64,000 bases of DNA from Alphaproteobacteria bacterium. Lineage in GTDB: Bacteria; Pseudomonadota; Alphaproteobacteria; JAPULJ01. The notes under the pieces are model-generated. The model searched no databases and had not been told where the DNA came from. It was given only the letters and a program-made list of their open reading frames with translations. The stretch is taken from contig DATKZM010000091.1 of NCBI GenBank assembly GCA_035527975.1, forward strand, positions 9,942 to 73,941. Direction: 5' to 3'. Shown here one piece after another: positions 38,054-48,438 of the stretch. The first letter of the stretch is position 1. Each line of letters begins with the position of its first letter. Both the position numbers and the translations under genes were made by a program.

Positions 38054-38872
38054 ATGATCGCGATCGAACATGTCTCGAAATCCTTTGGCGGCGTCCAGGC
38101 CGTCAACGACTGTTCCTTCGAAATCGCCAAGGGCGCCATCACCGGGCTGATCGGCCCCAACGGCGCCGGCAAGACCACCCTCTTCAACATCATCGCGGGC
38201 GTCTTTGCGCCGACCAGCGGGCGTGTCCGCCTGGAAGGCAAGGACATTACCGGCAAGCTGCCGCACGAGCTTTTCCGCATGGGGCTCGTGCGGACTTTCC
38301 AGATCGCCCAGGAATACGCCGAGATGACGGTGGTGGAGAACCTGATGGTGGTGCCGCCCGGGCAAAGCGGCGAGAGCCTGTTCGCCTCATGCGCCCGCTG
38401 GGCCAAGGTGCGCGGCGAGGAACGCACGGTGCGCGCCCGCGCCGAGGAGGTTCTGGAGTTCCTCAGCCTCACCCATCTGACATACGAGAAGGCGGGCAAC
38501 CTGTCCGGCGGGCAGAAGAAGCTGCTCGAGCTCGGCCGCACCATGATGACCGAAGCCAAGATCGTGCTGCTCGACGAGATCGCCGCCGGCGTCAATCGCA
38601 CATTGCTGGTCAAGCTCGCCGCCGACATCCAGCGCCTCAACCGCGAGCGCGGCTATACCTTCTGCGTCATCGAGCACGACATGGAGCTGATCGGCAAGCT
38701 TTGCGATCCGGTGATCGTGATGGCCGAGGGCTCGGTGCTGACCACCGGCACGATGGCCGAAATCCGCAAGAACAACGAGGTTATCGAGGCCTATCTCGGC
38801 CATGGCGGCAGCAGCGGCACCAAGGCCAGGCGCAAGCGCAAGACCTCGCCCGGCGGGGCGGCGGCGTCATGA
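38054..38872 (+). CDS. ABC transporter ATP-binding protein, LivG-like
   Basis: Walker A GPNGAGKTT, signature LSGGQKK, Walker B VLLDEIAAG. Confidence 0.9.
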   Translation: MIAIEHVSKSFGGVQAVNDCSFEIAKGAITGLIGPNGAGKTTLFNIIAGVFAPTSGRVRLEGKDITGKLPHELFRMGLVRTFQIAQEYAEMTVVENLMVVPPGQSGESLFASCARWAKVRGEERTVRARAEEVLEFLSLTHLTYEKAGNLSGGQKKLLELGRTMMTEAKIVLLDEIAAGVNRTLLVKLAADIQRLNRERGYTFCVIEHDMELIGKLCDPVIVMAEGSVLTTGTMAEIRKNNEVIEAYLGHGGSSGTKARRKRKTSPGGAAAS

Positions 38873-39657
38873 CGCTGCTCACCGCCCACGGCATGACCGG
38901 CGGCTATGGCGGCATGGATATCCTGAAGGGTGTCGAGCTGGCCGTCGATGCCGGCGAGATCGTGGTCATCGTCGGGCCCAACGGGGCGGGCAAGTCGACG
39001 GCGATGAAGGCGATCTTCGGCCTCGTCCATTTGCGCGAGGGCAAGGTCGTCTTCGACGGCCAGGAGATCACCAATGCCCAGCCCGAGCGGCTGGTGCGCG
39101 CCGGCCTCGGCTATGTGCCCCAGGAGCGCAACATCTTTCCCAATCTCAGTGTCCACGAGAACCTCGAGATGGGCGCTTATATCCGCCGCGACGACATCGG
39201 CCCGGCGCTGGAGCGGGTTTACATGCTGTTCCCGCCGCTGGTCGAAAAGCGCAAACAGGCGGCCGGCGAGCTGTCCGGCGGCCAGCGCCAGATGGTCGCC
39301 TTCGGCCGGGCGCTGATGACCGACCCCAAGGTGCTGATGCTCGACGAGCCGACCGCGGGGCTGTCGCCGCTGTTCATGGACGAGATCTTCGACCGCATCA
39401 TCGCCGTCAACGAGACCGGCGTCGGCATCCTGATGGTCGAGCAGAATGCGCGCCAGGCGCTGGAAATCGCCGATCGCGGCTATGTGCTGGCGACCGGCGA
39501 GAACCGCTATATCGATACCGGGTCCAACCTGCTGGCCGACCGTGAAGTGGTCGAGTCCTTCCTGGGCGGCGGCGGCGGCAACGTCGACACCGGCAATGGA
39601 AATGGCGACGCTGGGAGCGAGCGCGACGCGGCCGCCAAGGGCGCCGGCGATGATTGA
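38869..39657 (+). CDS. ABC transporter ATP-binding protein, LivF-like, with a Gly/Asn/Asp-rich C-terminal tail
   Basis: ATG at 38869 overlaps the upstream stop (ATGA). Walker A GPNGAGKST, signature LSGGQRQ, Walker B LMLDEPTAG. Confidence 0.9.
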   Translation: MTLLTAHGMTGGYGGMDILKGVELAVDAGEIVVIVGPNGAGKSTAMKAIFGLVHLREGKVVFDGQEITNAQPERLVRAGLGYVPQERNIFPNLSVHENLEMGAYIRRDDIGPALERVYMLFPPLVEKRKQAAGELSGGQRQMVAFGRALMTDPKVLMLDEPTAGLSPLFMDEIFDRIIAVNETGVGILMVEQNARQALEIADRGYVLATGENRYIDTGSNLLADREVVESFLGGGGGNVDTGNGNGDAGSERDAAAKGAGDD

Positions 39658-40597
39658 GTTCTTCAACGACTACATCGTCGCGGCCCTGGTGCTCGGCAGC
39701 ATCTACTCGCTGGGCGCCATCGGCATCTCGATGATCTACGCGATCCTGCGCTTTGCCCATTTCGCGCATGGCGATTTGCTGACGTTGGGCGCCTATATGT
39801 CCCTTGGCCTGGTCCAGAAAGGATTCATTGTCTTCATGCCATTGCCGTTCCTCGTCGGGACGTTGGGCTTGGCCGGCGAAGAAGCGCTGGCGCCGCTGAG
39901 AATGGGCTGGCATCCGGCGCTGACAATCCCAGTGGCCATGGTGTTTACCGCCCTGATCGCGATCGGCATCGACAGCCTGTTCTACCGGCCATTCCGCAAG
40001 TCGCAAGCGATCATCATGGTCATCGCCTCCTTCGGGATTGCGCTGATGCTGCGCTCGGCGTTTCAGCTCATCTGGGGCATCGACGACCACTATTACTGGC
40101 CGATCCAGCCGCCGCTCGAATCGCTCGAGCCTTTCTCCATCAGCGCCAAGCATCTTTACATCGGCGGCGCGGTGATCGTGCTGATCTCGGCCACGCATTA
40201 CCTCTTGGCCTATACCCGCACCGGCAAGGCGATGCGCGCGATGAGCGACGATCCCGACCTGGCGCGGATCACCGGTATCCCGACCGAGCGCATCGTGGTC
40301 TGGACCTGGATCGTTGGTGCAGCCCTCGGCGCGGCGGCGGGGGTGCTGCTGGGCATGGACACGCGGGTCAGGTTCGACATGGGCTGGAACCTGCTGCTGC
40401 CGATGTTCGCCGCGGCGATCCTGGGCGGGCTCGGCCGGCCCTACGGGGCGATCGCCGGCGGCATGGTGATCGGCGGGCTGGAGGAGCTGTCCACCATCGT
40501 GATCCCGGGCGACTACAAGAGCGCGGTCGCCTTCGCCGTCATGGTCCTGGTGCTGATCTTCCGGCCCCAGGGCATCTTCAAGGGACGGATGCTGTAA
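39649..40597 (+). CDS. HAAT-family ABC permease, LivH-like
   Basis: Start at MIEFFNDYIVAALVLGSIYSLGAIG, overlapping the upstream gene by 9 nt. Polytopic. Confidence 0.85.
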
Positions 40598-41577
40598 TGG
40601 AATTTCTCGGCGGTTTGATCCTGTTCCTGGTCGGCTTTGCGACCCTTGCCGGCATCGCCTCGGTGAGCACGCTGGGGCTCAATATCTGCTGGGGCGTCAC
40701 CGGGCTCTTCAATATCGGCATCGCCGGATTCTACGCCATCGGCGCCTACACCTCGGCGATCCTGACGGCCGAGCCCTCGGTGCCGTCGAACCCGCATCTG
40801 GGCGGTTTCGAGCTGCCAATCCCGGTGGGCTGGGCGGCGGCGATGGTGCTGTCGGCGGCGGTCGCCTGGGTCGTCGGCAAGGTGTGCCTGCGCCTGCGCG
40901 CCGACTATCTGGCCATCGCCACCATCGGCATCGCCGAGATCATCCGCATCACCTTCCGCAACTGGAGTGCGATCGCCGGCGGCTCCTACGGCATCCACCG
41001 CATCCCAAAGCCCTTCGAGAGCTGGCCCCAGCCCTGGGCGGAGATCTTCTTCCTGCTGCTGGTGGTCGCCGTGGTGGCGGTGATCTACTGGGTGATCGAG
41101 CGCGGCATCAACTCGCCCTGGGGCCGGGTGATGCGGGCGATCCGCGAGAACGAGCTGGCCGCCGCCGCCGCCGGCAAGGATGTCGAGCGCATGCGCCTGC
41201 AGGCCTTCGTCTACGGCTCGGCCCTCATGGGGCTCGCGGGCGCGCTGTCGGCGCATTACCTGAAGCAATTCCTGCCCGAGGATACCGAGCCGCTGACCGC
41301 GACTTTCCTGATCTGGGTGATGCTGATCGCCGGCGGCAGCGGCAACAACAAGGGCGCGATCCTGGGCGCCTTCGTGGTCTGGGGCCTGTGGACGATGTCG
41401 GAGTTCATGACCGATTTGCTCTCGGCCGAATGGGCGACGCGGGCGGCCTATCTCCGCGTGTTCATGATCGGGCTGCTGCTGCAGGTGGTGCTGCAGTTCT
41501 TCTCGCGCGGGATCATCCCGGAGAAGCCGCCGGTGATCGGGCGGGGGGAGAAGGCGGAGAAGGTTGAGGCGGGGTAG
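40597..41577 (+). CDS. HAAT-family ABC permease, LivM-like
   Basis: The ATG overlaps the upstream TAA (TAATG). Polytopic 326-aa protein with a LivM-like pattern. Confidence 0.85.
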   Translation: MEFLGGLILFLVGFATLAGIASVSTLGLNICWGVTGLFNIGIAGFYAIGAYTSAILTAEPSVPSNPHLGGFELPIPVGWAAAMVLSAAVAWVVGKVCLRLRADYLAIATIGIAEIIRITFRNWSAIAGGSYGIHRIPKPFESWPQPWAEIFFLLLVVAVVAVIYWVIERGINSPWGRVMRAIRENELAAAAAGKDVERMRLQAFVYGSALMGLAGALSAHYLKQFLPEDTEPLTATFLIWVMLIAGGSGNNKGAILGAFVVWGLWTMSEFMTDLLSAEWATRAAYLRVFMIGLLLQVVLQFFSRGIIPEKPPVIGRGEKAEKVEAG

Positions 41578-41634
41578 GGGCGTAAGAGAGCTACCTCGGA
41601 CTACATAGGCGCATCAAGCAACTGCCTTTAGCTA

Positions 41635-42231
41635 CTATCTCAGTAGGGCTATGAATCCGGGGATGCTGCCAAATATGCCGCCAACTACGGCCGCGATCAC
41701 GGCGGCGAGCCACCAACGATTTTTCTCAAGCCAAGACGGACGGGCGTGTCGAATTAGCGCCCGACCCGCGGCCAGGTGAGAATCAATCAGCGCATTCATC
41801 GCACTGACTTCGTCACTTACGTCCTTACGAGCTACAGGATCGGAATGGCTGCGAGCGCGAAGCGTTTGATCCAATTTGGCCATTTTGTCCAAAAATGCGC
41901 GAATATGTTTTCGGAGCAATGTTGCAGTCTCGTCGAGCGCCCTTGGATCGAAATATTGGGACTCTCTGCATTGACGCACCGATTCTTCAAAATGTTGAAC
42001 GATTGTGTCCTCTAGGCATGGAGTAAAGAAACGATTCCAATATACTTGTCTTGGGCTACCTTCAAACTCGATCCCTCCATAATTCACTGAGTCACCACGG
42101 AAATTTGTAATACTTATGGGGTTACCCGATTTGAAGAATGCCCAAGGCGTCAGCATCTTCTTGTCCATTACATCGAATGAATCCCTGACGGCCTTTTCTC
42201 TCAGATGGAAGAATGGACTTTCATCAGCCAT
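41635..42231 (-). CDS. Hypothetical protein with a single C-terminal transmembrane helix; low-GC orphan
   Basis: 198-aa ORF in an approximately 800-bp stretch that is visibly AT-richer than its flanks (roughly 50 percent GC by eye). C-terminal WWLAAVIAAVVGGIFGSIPGFIALL. I recognise no family. Confidence 0.55.
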   Translation of the reverse strand: MADESPFFHLREKAVRDSFDVMDKKMLTPWAFFKSGNPISITNFRGDSVNYGGIEFEGSPRQVYWNRFFTPCLEDTIVQHFEESVRQCRESQYFDPRALDETATLLRKHIRAFLDKMAKLDQTLRARSHSDPVARKDVSDEVSAMNALIDSHLAAGRALIRHARPSWLEKNRWWLAAVIAAVVGGIFGSIPGFIALLR

Positions 42232-42396
42232 GACCTTGCATTCCGCGTTCAGGTGTCGGTTCAGACGTCAACTAACTAATGCGCTTTTCGTATAGGTGCT
42301 CAGCATATTGCTAAGGAGCCGGATCATATCGAATTATATTCGCCCAAAATCGAATACCATCGGCCCTTACTACCGCGCCAATTCGCGGTTGGAACC

Positions 42397-42433
42397 AAAA
42401 GAAAAGGGCCGGCTCCCATCGGAAGCCGGCCCC
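42397..42433 (-). terminator. Rho-independent terminator downstream of the substrate-binding protein gene
   Basis: The minus-strand transcript reads GGGCCGGCU-UCCGAUGGG-AGCCGGCCC followed by UUUUCUUUU. Confidence 0.7.
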
Positions 42434-42473
42434 TTGTCGTAGGTCGTCTTACGTAGATCGGATCGCTTGATCC

Positions 42474-43730
42474 TTACTTCGCGATCTTCTCCACGAGCAC
42501 GCGCTTCTTGCCGCGCACCTCGAAGACGTCGATGACGCCGGCGACGTCGCCGGCCTTGTCGAAGTCGTGCGGGCCGGCCGCGCCCTGGTAGTTGATCTTC
42601 TGGCCAGCGGCGATTGCCGCCTTGGCCTTGGCCCACTGACCGGGCAGGATCACCATGCCGCCGGGTCCCGCGATCTTGCGCAGCGCGGGGCCGATCTTGG
42701 AGCGGTCGGCGGAGCCGGCCTGCTCGATCGCCAGCGCCAGCAGGAAGGCGGCGTCGTAGGAGTTGGCCGCGAACGGCTTGCCGATGCTGTCGGGCTTGTA
42801 GGCCTTCATCGCCGCGTTGTAAGCCTTCTCGCCGTCGGTGCCGGGGATCGAGCCGCCATTGGTGATGATCATGCCCTGAACGTTCTGCCAGCCAATCTTG
42901 GCCAGCATGCCGTCCTCGTTGATACCGTCAACGCCGATGAACTTGCGGAAATAGCCGCGCTCGAGCGACTGGCGCATGATCACCGGGCCGCTATCGGCCG
43001 CATAGGCGATGACCACGAGATGCTTGGCGCCGCCCTTTTTCAGGGTCGCAAGCTCCGAACGGTAGGAGGCCTTCTTGGCCTCATGCGCGGCGTAGCCGGC
43101 GACCTTGCCGCCGAGCGCCTCGAAGCTCTTCTTGAGGGCTTCGGCGAGGCCCTTGCCGTAGTCGTTCTGGATATAGGTGATGGCAATCGAGCCGATGCCG
43201 CGCTTCTTGATGACGCGGGCCAGGATCTTGCCCTGGAAATCATCCGGCGGGACGACCCGGAAGACGAGGTCCTTGTCCTTCAGGTTCGAAATCGCGGGCG
43301 CCGTCGAGGCGGGCGAGATCATCACCACGCCGCCGGGAATGCCGACGGTGTTGGCCGCGGCGATCGTCGCGCCGGAGCATAGGGCGCCGTTGATGGCGAC
43401 CACGTTGTTGATGTTGACCAGCTTGTTGGCGGCGGCCGACGAGGTCTTGCCGTCGCATTTGGTGTCGGCCAGAACCATCGCGAGCGTGTCGCCCTTGAGG
43501 AGACCGCCCTGCTCGTTGACCTGCTTGATGGCGAGATCGGCCGCGTCCTTCAGCGGCGGGATGAATTTGGAAACCGGACCGGTCACGCCCCACAGGCCGC
43601 CGATCTTGATCTCCGCCGACTGGGCGGAGACCGCGCCGAACACCATTCCCGCCCCGGCAACCGAAATTGCCGCGGTAATGGCGCTGCGCAACAGCACGCG
43701 CTTGGGCGTGCCGAGCTTCGTACCAGACAT
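42474..43730 (-). CDS. HAAT-family ABC transporter periplasmic substrate-binding protein
   Basis: Start chosen at MSGTKLGTPKRVLLRSAITAAISVAGAGMVFGAVSAQS (signal peptide). LivK-type fold pattern (IKIGGLWGVTGP...). Confidence 0.85.
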   Translation of the reverse strand: MSGTKLGTPKRVLLRSAITAAISVAGAGMVFGAVSAQSAEIKIGGLWGVTGPVSKFIPPLKDAADLAIKQVNEQGGLLKGDTLAMVLADTKCDGKTSSAAANKLVNINNVVAINGALCSGATIAAANTVGIPGGVVMISPASTAPAISNLKDKDLVFRVVPPDDFQGKILARVIKKRGIGSIAITYIQNDYGKGLAEALKKSFEALGGKVAGYAAHEAKKASYRSELATLKKGGAKHLVVIAYAADSGPVIMRQSLERGYFRKFIGVDGINEDGMLAKIGWQNVQGMIITNGGSIPGTDGEKAYNAAMKAYKPDSIGKPFAANSYDAAFLLALAIEQAGSADRSKIGPALRKIAGPGGMVILPGQWAKAKAAIAAGQKINYQGAAGPHDFDKAGDVAGVIDVFEVRGKKRVLVEKIAK

Positions 43731-43926
43731 GTTAACCCTCCAAGTTCGTTTTTGGCCTTGCTCGAGGTTCGTCGGCCGGAGTTGGTCCGGCGACGCCTGA
43801 CCGACAGAATGACCCAGCGCCCCAGATTGCTCAAAGGAAAAAGACCTGATTCCCCGGTTAGGGTTAACCGTGGACCGGCGATCGGCCCGGCTCTGCGTAC
43901 TGCTATCTGCGGTGGAGGGCCGCGCG

Positions 43927-45546
43927 TCACCCATCCTGGAGCCGGGCGATGAGGTCGCCCTTGATGATCTTGCGGGTCGGCGTGATGGGCATTTCGTCGA
44001 TGATCTCCAGGCGTTCCGGCCAGGTCATCTTGGCGAACCCTCGCGATGCCAAATGATCGGTCATCTCATCGAAGGAGAGGCTCGTACCCGGCGTAACGGT
44101 GACAAACAGGCAGGCTTTCTCGCCCAGCACCTCGTCGGGCATCGGCACGACCGCGGCCTGAACGACGGCTCCGTGCGCCATCAGTGCGTTCTCAAGATCG
44201 GTCGGATTGAATTTGATGCCGCCGCGGTTGATGAGATCCTTGACGCGGCCGGTAACATCGATGAAGCCGTCGCCGTCGATGATCGCAAGATCGCCCGTGC
44301 GGAACCAGCCATCGTCGGTAAAGGAGGCCTTGTTGGCGGCCTCGTTGTTGAGGTAGCCCGCATGATTGGCGTAGCTCATGATCTCAAGCTCGCCTTCCTC
44401 GCCGGGCCCGAGGATATTGCCTTCGGGATCGGTGACGCGCGCTTCCACGCCCTTGGTGCAGGGTCCAGCGGAGCCGTGCCGCTTTTCGGGCGGACTGTCG
44501 AGAGGCGTCTGGGTCGCCAGGATCATCTCGGTCATGCCGAAGAGATGGCCCACGCGGCCGCGGCTCAGACAGGCCTCGAACGAGGACGCCACGACCGGCG
44601 CGCAGATCGAGCCGCCCGTGACGACATCGCGGATCGAGGACAGATCGGCGTTATCGAGCAGTCCCGACTTTACCGTGGCCGCGAGGTGCGCCGGGGCGCT
44701 GAAAACCACCGTGGGGCGGCCATTGATCAGACGTTCGGCGTAGGTCTCGGGCGAGAAGAGCGGGAGCAAGAGGCTGGTGCCGCCGACCCAGAGCGCGAGA
44801 TTGGTGCAGCACAGGCCGAAGACATGGGTGAAGGGCGGCGCCACCATCACCACGTCCTCGGCGCTGAGCGCGACCGCCGGCGAGAAATAGCGTGAGTTGG
44901 CCGCGAAGGTGCGATGCTCCCGCATGACGCCCTTCGGTGCGGCGGACGTGCCGGATGTGAAGCAGAGCGTGGAGAAATCCTCCGGCCCCGGCGGATCGGC
45001 GATGTCGCGGTCGGATCCCTCGGCGATCAGCGCGTTCAATGAATGGGCGCCCTCCGGCACCTCGTCACCAGCCACGATGACGTGGTCCAGCGAGGGCACG
45101 CGCTCGCGCAAGGCCAGCATCGTTGCCGGCGCGTCGTGGTTGGGCAGCGGACCGGTGCAGACAACCGCTTTGGCCTCGCCGTGCTTCAGCAGCGGCTCCA
45201 TCTCGCCGCCCCGATAAGGCATGTGCATGGTGGCGAGCACGCCGCCCATCATCATGGTGCCGAAATAGGTGATCAGGAATTCCGGCCAATTGGGCATCTG
45301 GATGGCGACGACATCCTGTTTGACGACGCCCAGGTCCAGGAGCGAGTTTGCAAGGCGCCGCGCGGCGGCGTGAAGCTCGCCGTAGCTGATGTCCCGGTCG
45401 GCGGTGCGGATCGCCGCCTTGCCCGGGGTCTCGGCCGCCCAGCGGTCGAGATAGGTGATGAGCGTGTCATCGTTCCAATAGCCCTCGCGGGTGTAGCGTT
45501 CCACCATTGCCGCGCTGTATCGCGGGGCCGTCTGTGATGCCGTCAT
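43927..45546 (-). CDS. AMP-dependent synthetase/ligase (aryl/alicyclic acid-CoA ligase-like), paralog 1
   Basis: AMP-binding motif [12 protein letters not shown]. The N-terminus [11 protein letters not shown] and the C-terminus [12 protein letters not shown] are like DhbE/cyclohexanecarboxylate-CoA ligase-type enzymes. Confidence 0.85.
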   Translation of the reverse strand: MTASQTAPRYSAAMVERYTREGYWNDDTLITYLDRWAAETPGKAAIRTADRDISYGELHAAARRLANSLLDLGVVKQDVVAIQMPNWPEFLITYFGTMMMGGVLATMHMPYRGGEMEPLLKHGEAKAVVCTGPLPNHDAPATMLALRERVPSLDHVIVAGDEVPEGAHSLNALIAEGSDRDIADPPGPEDFSTLCFTSGTSAAPKGVMREHRTFAANSRYFSPAVALSAEDVVMVAPPFTHVFGLCCTNLALWVGGTSLLLPLFSPETYAERLINGRPTVVFSAPAHLAATVKSGLLDNADLSSIRDVVTGGSICAPVVASSFEACLSRGRVGHLFGMTEMILATQTPLDSPPEKRHGSAGPCTKGVEARVTDPEGNILGPGEEGELEIMSYANHAGYLNNEAANKASFTDDGWFRTGDLAIIDGDGFIDVTGRVKDLINRGGIKFNPTDLENALMAHGAVVQAAVVPMPDEVLGEKACLFVTVTPGTSLSFDEMTDHLASRGFAKMTWPERLEIIDEMPITPTRKIIKGDLIARLQDG

Positions 45547-45582
45547 GGTCGTCGTCCCTCGCTTATTCGATCCTCATTGCCG

Positions 45583-45987
45583 TCAAAACTGCGCCCGCAC
45601 CGGCGTGTCGATGCGCAGCACCGATTGCTGATGGAAGCGGGATTTGTAACGCGCGATAATCGTGGTGATCGCGTTTGTCGCCTTCGCGGTTCCACGATGC
45701 AGCAGCACGAGCACGCGGGAGCGCTCGCGCACGATGCGCCCGCTCGTTCGATCGCGCCATTGCCCGTGTGCCGCCAGCACGGTGAGGCCGTCGGGAAAAC
45801 GCGGCGTGACCTCCGCTTCGACAAACTCGCGCCAGGCTGCCTCGCCGACCGTGCCGCCGCCCGGCATGCTCATACCAAAGTAAAGCCGCGTGGCGATCAT
45901 CGCCTCGCCCATTGGCTGGGGAGCCGCGCAGGCGGCAAGCACCAACAGCAGCACACCCAGGCCAGAAAGCGCGGCGCGCATCCTCAT
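45583..45987 (-). CDS. DUF3574-like lipoprotein
   Basis: Lipobox LVLAAC. TRLYFGMSMPGGGTVGEAAWREFVEAEVTPRFPDGLTVLAAHGQWRD matches my recollection of the DUF3574 pattern. The start overlaps the upstream ligase stop. Confidence 0.6.
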   Translation of the reverse strand: MRMRAALSGLGVLLLVLAACAAPQPMGEAMIATRLYFGMSMPGGGTVGEAAWREFVEAEVTPRFPDGLTVLAAHGQWRDRTSGRIVRERSRVLVLLHRGTAKATNAITTIIARYKSRFHQQSVLRIDTPVRAQF

Positions 45988-47588
45988 CGCAGGCCGGCCA
46001 GGAGCTGGCCCTTTATGATCTTGCGTGTCGGCGTCATCGGCATCGCCTCGACAACCTCCATACGCTCGGGCCATTTGAGCTTGGCGACATTCCTGGATGC
46101 CAGATAGTCCTGGATTTGCTCGAGCGAGAGCGATGCGCCAGGCTGAAGCTGGGCAAAGAGGCAGGCCTTCTCGCCCATCACCGGGTCGGGCATTGGCGCG
46201 ATTGCCGACATGATGACGGCCGGGTGCTCATCGATCAGCCCCTCGATATCAACCGGGTTAATCTTGATGCCACCGCGGTTGATAATATCCTTGACCCTGC
46301 CGGTCATGAAAACGTTCTGGTCCTTGTCGATAGTCACCAGATCGCCGGTGCGAAACCAACCGTCGCGGCTGAAAGCCGAAGCGTTCGCCTCGTCGTTGTT
46401 GAAGTAGCCCGAGAAAAGCATGGGGCCCCGGATCTCAAGCTCGCCCTCCTCGCCGGGTCCGACGGTCTGGCCTTCGGCAACGGCGCGGATCTCATGGCCC
46501 ACCGGCGGCGTCCCGATCGAGGCCAGGCGCACCTCGCGCGGCGCATCGAGGGGATTGATGAACTGCATCAACGTCTCGGTCATGCCCCACATCTGATAGA
46601 CGACGGCGTTGGGGCAGAGTTCTTCCATCATGGTGACGAGCTCGGCTGGGCAGGCCGAACCGGCAAAGACGACGCGCTTCAGCGAGCCCAGCACATCGCC
46701 GGCAAAAAGCCCGGCCTTGATGCAGGCAAGCGCATGGGCGGGGCCGCAGAACATGACGGTGGGCCGGCTATGCGCGATCGCTTGCGCGAAGGCCTGCGGC
46801 GAATAGAGCGCCATGAGGCCGCTTGCCGCGCCAGCCCGCAAGGTGATGTTGGCGACGTTGAGCCCGTAGATATGCGTGAAGGGCGGCGCGGAGAGCACCA
46901 CGTCGTCGGGGCCGATGCCGCAGTCGACCGCTAACGCGCGATGACTGCAGGCCATGGTGCGGTTGGTGTGGACGACGGCCTTGGGGGAGGCCGATGTGCC
47001 CGAGGTGAAGGCGAGCACGGCGGGATCGCTTGCGGCCGGCGGGTCGGCGATCGGGTCGGGCGCGGCAAACAGCTCGGTGAAGGCGATGGTGCCCGCTGGC
47101 GCCGCGCCGCCCTGGACGATCACGGTCCTCAGCGTCGGCACCGTCTCCGTCAGGGCCAGCATGGTGGCGGCGGCATCGTAGTTTGGAAGGCCGCCATGGC
47201 AGATCACCGCCTGGACGCCGCCATGGGTCAGCAGCGGCGCCAGCTCGCCGGCGCGGTAGGGCATGTGGAGCAGGGTGATCACCGCGCCCATCATCTGGAT
47301 ACCGTGATAGGCGACGAGAAATTCCGGCAGGTTGGGAAGCTGGACGCCGACGGTGTCGCCCTTGCGCAATCCCGCAGCTAGGAGACCGTTGGCAAAGCGG
47401 AGCGCTTCGCTATGAAGCTCGTGGTAACTCAGCGCGCGCTCGATGCCGATCACGGCCGGAGCGTCGGGACGGCTTTCGGCCAGGTCGGCCAGCCAGTGCT
47501 GCGGCGTCTCGTCGTTCCAGGCGCCGTCGGCAAGATAGCGCGCGACCGTTTCCGGTGGATAGGTCAGGCCTTGTCTTAGATCGACCAT
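45984..47588 (-). CDS. AMP-dependent synthetase/ligase, paralog 2
   Basis: FTSGTSASPKAV. Collinear similarity to paralog 1 along its whole length (YLADGAWNDET ... [12 protein letters not shown]). Alternative GTG start at 47621. Confidence 0.85.
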   Translation of the reverse strand: MVDLRQGLTYPPETVARYLADGAWNDETPQHWLADLAESRPDAPAVIGIERALSYHELHSEALRFANGLLAAGLRKGDTVGVQLPNLPEFLVAYHGIQMMGAVITLLHMPYRAGELAPLLTHGGVQAVICHGGLPNYDAAATMLALTETVPTLRTVIVQGGAAPAGTIAFTELFAAPDPIADPPAASDPAVLAFTSGTSASPKAVVHTNRTMACSHRALAVDCGIGPDDVVLSAPPFTHIYGLNVANITLRAGAASGLMALYSPQAFAQAIAHSRPTVMFCGPAHALACIKAGLFAGDVLGSLKRVVFAGSACPAELVTMMEELCPNAVVYQMWGMTETLMQFINPLDAPREVRLASIGTPPVGHEIRAVAEGQTVGPGEEGELEIRGPMLFSGYFNNDEANASAFSRDGWFRTGDLVTIDKDQNVFMTGRVKDIINRGGIKINPVDIEGLIDEHPAVIMSAIAPMPDPVMGEKACLFAQLQPGASLSLEQIQDYLASRNVAKLKWPERMEVVEAMPMTPTRKIIKGQLLAGLR

Positions 47589-47628
47589 CGGATGCGTTCC
47601 GGGCTCTGCTCTCGGCCTCACTCCCGCC

Positions 47629-48438
47629 TCAGGGCATGTTCACCTGGATCGAGTTGGTGCGCTCGCCGCGCTTGAAGGCGCCCAGCCGCTCGGCGGCGTA
47701 GGGATTGTCGAGCGAGGTCAGGATGTTCATGCATTCGTGTTCGGTGCATTCCTCCAGCGAGCGGCGCCAGCCATCGTGGAAGGTCTGCTTGACGAAAGCC
47801 TGGAGATGCGTCGGCCCGGCGGCAAGCTGGCGGGCAATGCTGCGGGTCATCGTTTCGAACTCCGCGCCCTCGTAGACCCGGTTGACGATGCCCCAGTCCT
47901 GCGCCTCGTAGGCATCGAGTGTGCGGTTGGTGAGCATCAGCTCCATCGCCCGGCGGAAGCCGACGATCTTGGCCAGCGTGTAGGACGAGCCGCCGTCATT
48001 GGCGACGCCGTTCGACATCCACGACGCGTAGAAGCTGGCGCGCTCGCTGCAGATCGCCATGTCGGCCGCTAGTGTGAGACCGAGCCCGCCGCCGACCGCG
48101 ATGCCGTTGACCGCGGCCAGCACCGGCATCGGCAGACGCACCACGCGGTGCAACATCTGATGCCACCATAGCGCCACCTCGCGGAAGCCGGCGCGAAAGC
48201 CCTCGCGGTTGTCGAGATCGTAGCCCTTCAAATTGACCCCGGCGCAGAAAGCATCGCCCGCGCCGGTCAGCACCAGCGCGCCAATATCGGTGTCGGCCCG
48301 GTCTTCCACCGCGCCCAGGGCGCTGTGCAGCTCTTGCAGGGTTTCGGTGTCGAGGGAGTTTTTCACCGCCGGCCGATTGAAGGTGATCGTCGCCACCCCC
48401 TCGGCGATGTCGAGGATGATGTGCCGATACTCGGTCAT
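47629..48438 (-). CDS. Enoyl-CoA hydratase/isomerase (crotonase) family protein
   Basis: ATITFNRPAVKNSLD ... LTGAGDAFCAGVNLK is the crotonase oxyanion-hole pattern. Confidence 0.85.
   Translation of the reverse strand: MTEYRHIILDIAEGVATITFNRPAVKNSLDTETLQELHSALGAVEDRADTDIGALVLTGAGDAFCAGVNLKGYDLDNREGFRAGFREVALWWHQMLHRVVRLPMPVLAAVNGIAVGGGLGLTLAADMAICSERASFYASWMSNGVANDGGSSYTLAKIVGFRRAMELMLTNRTLDAYEAQDWGIVNRVYEGAEFETMTRSIARQLAAGPTHLQAFVKQTFHDGWRRSLEECTEHECMNILTSLDNPYAAERLGAFKRGERTNSIQVNMP

Noticed and set aside
39540-39660. Gly/Asn/Asp-rich C-terminal extension of the LivF-like ATPase as a possible separate small gene
   Set aside because: It is continuous with the ATPase reading frame with no internal start or RBS, so it is most simply a disordered tail.
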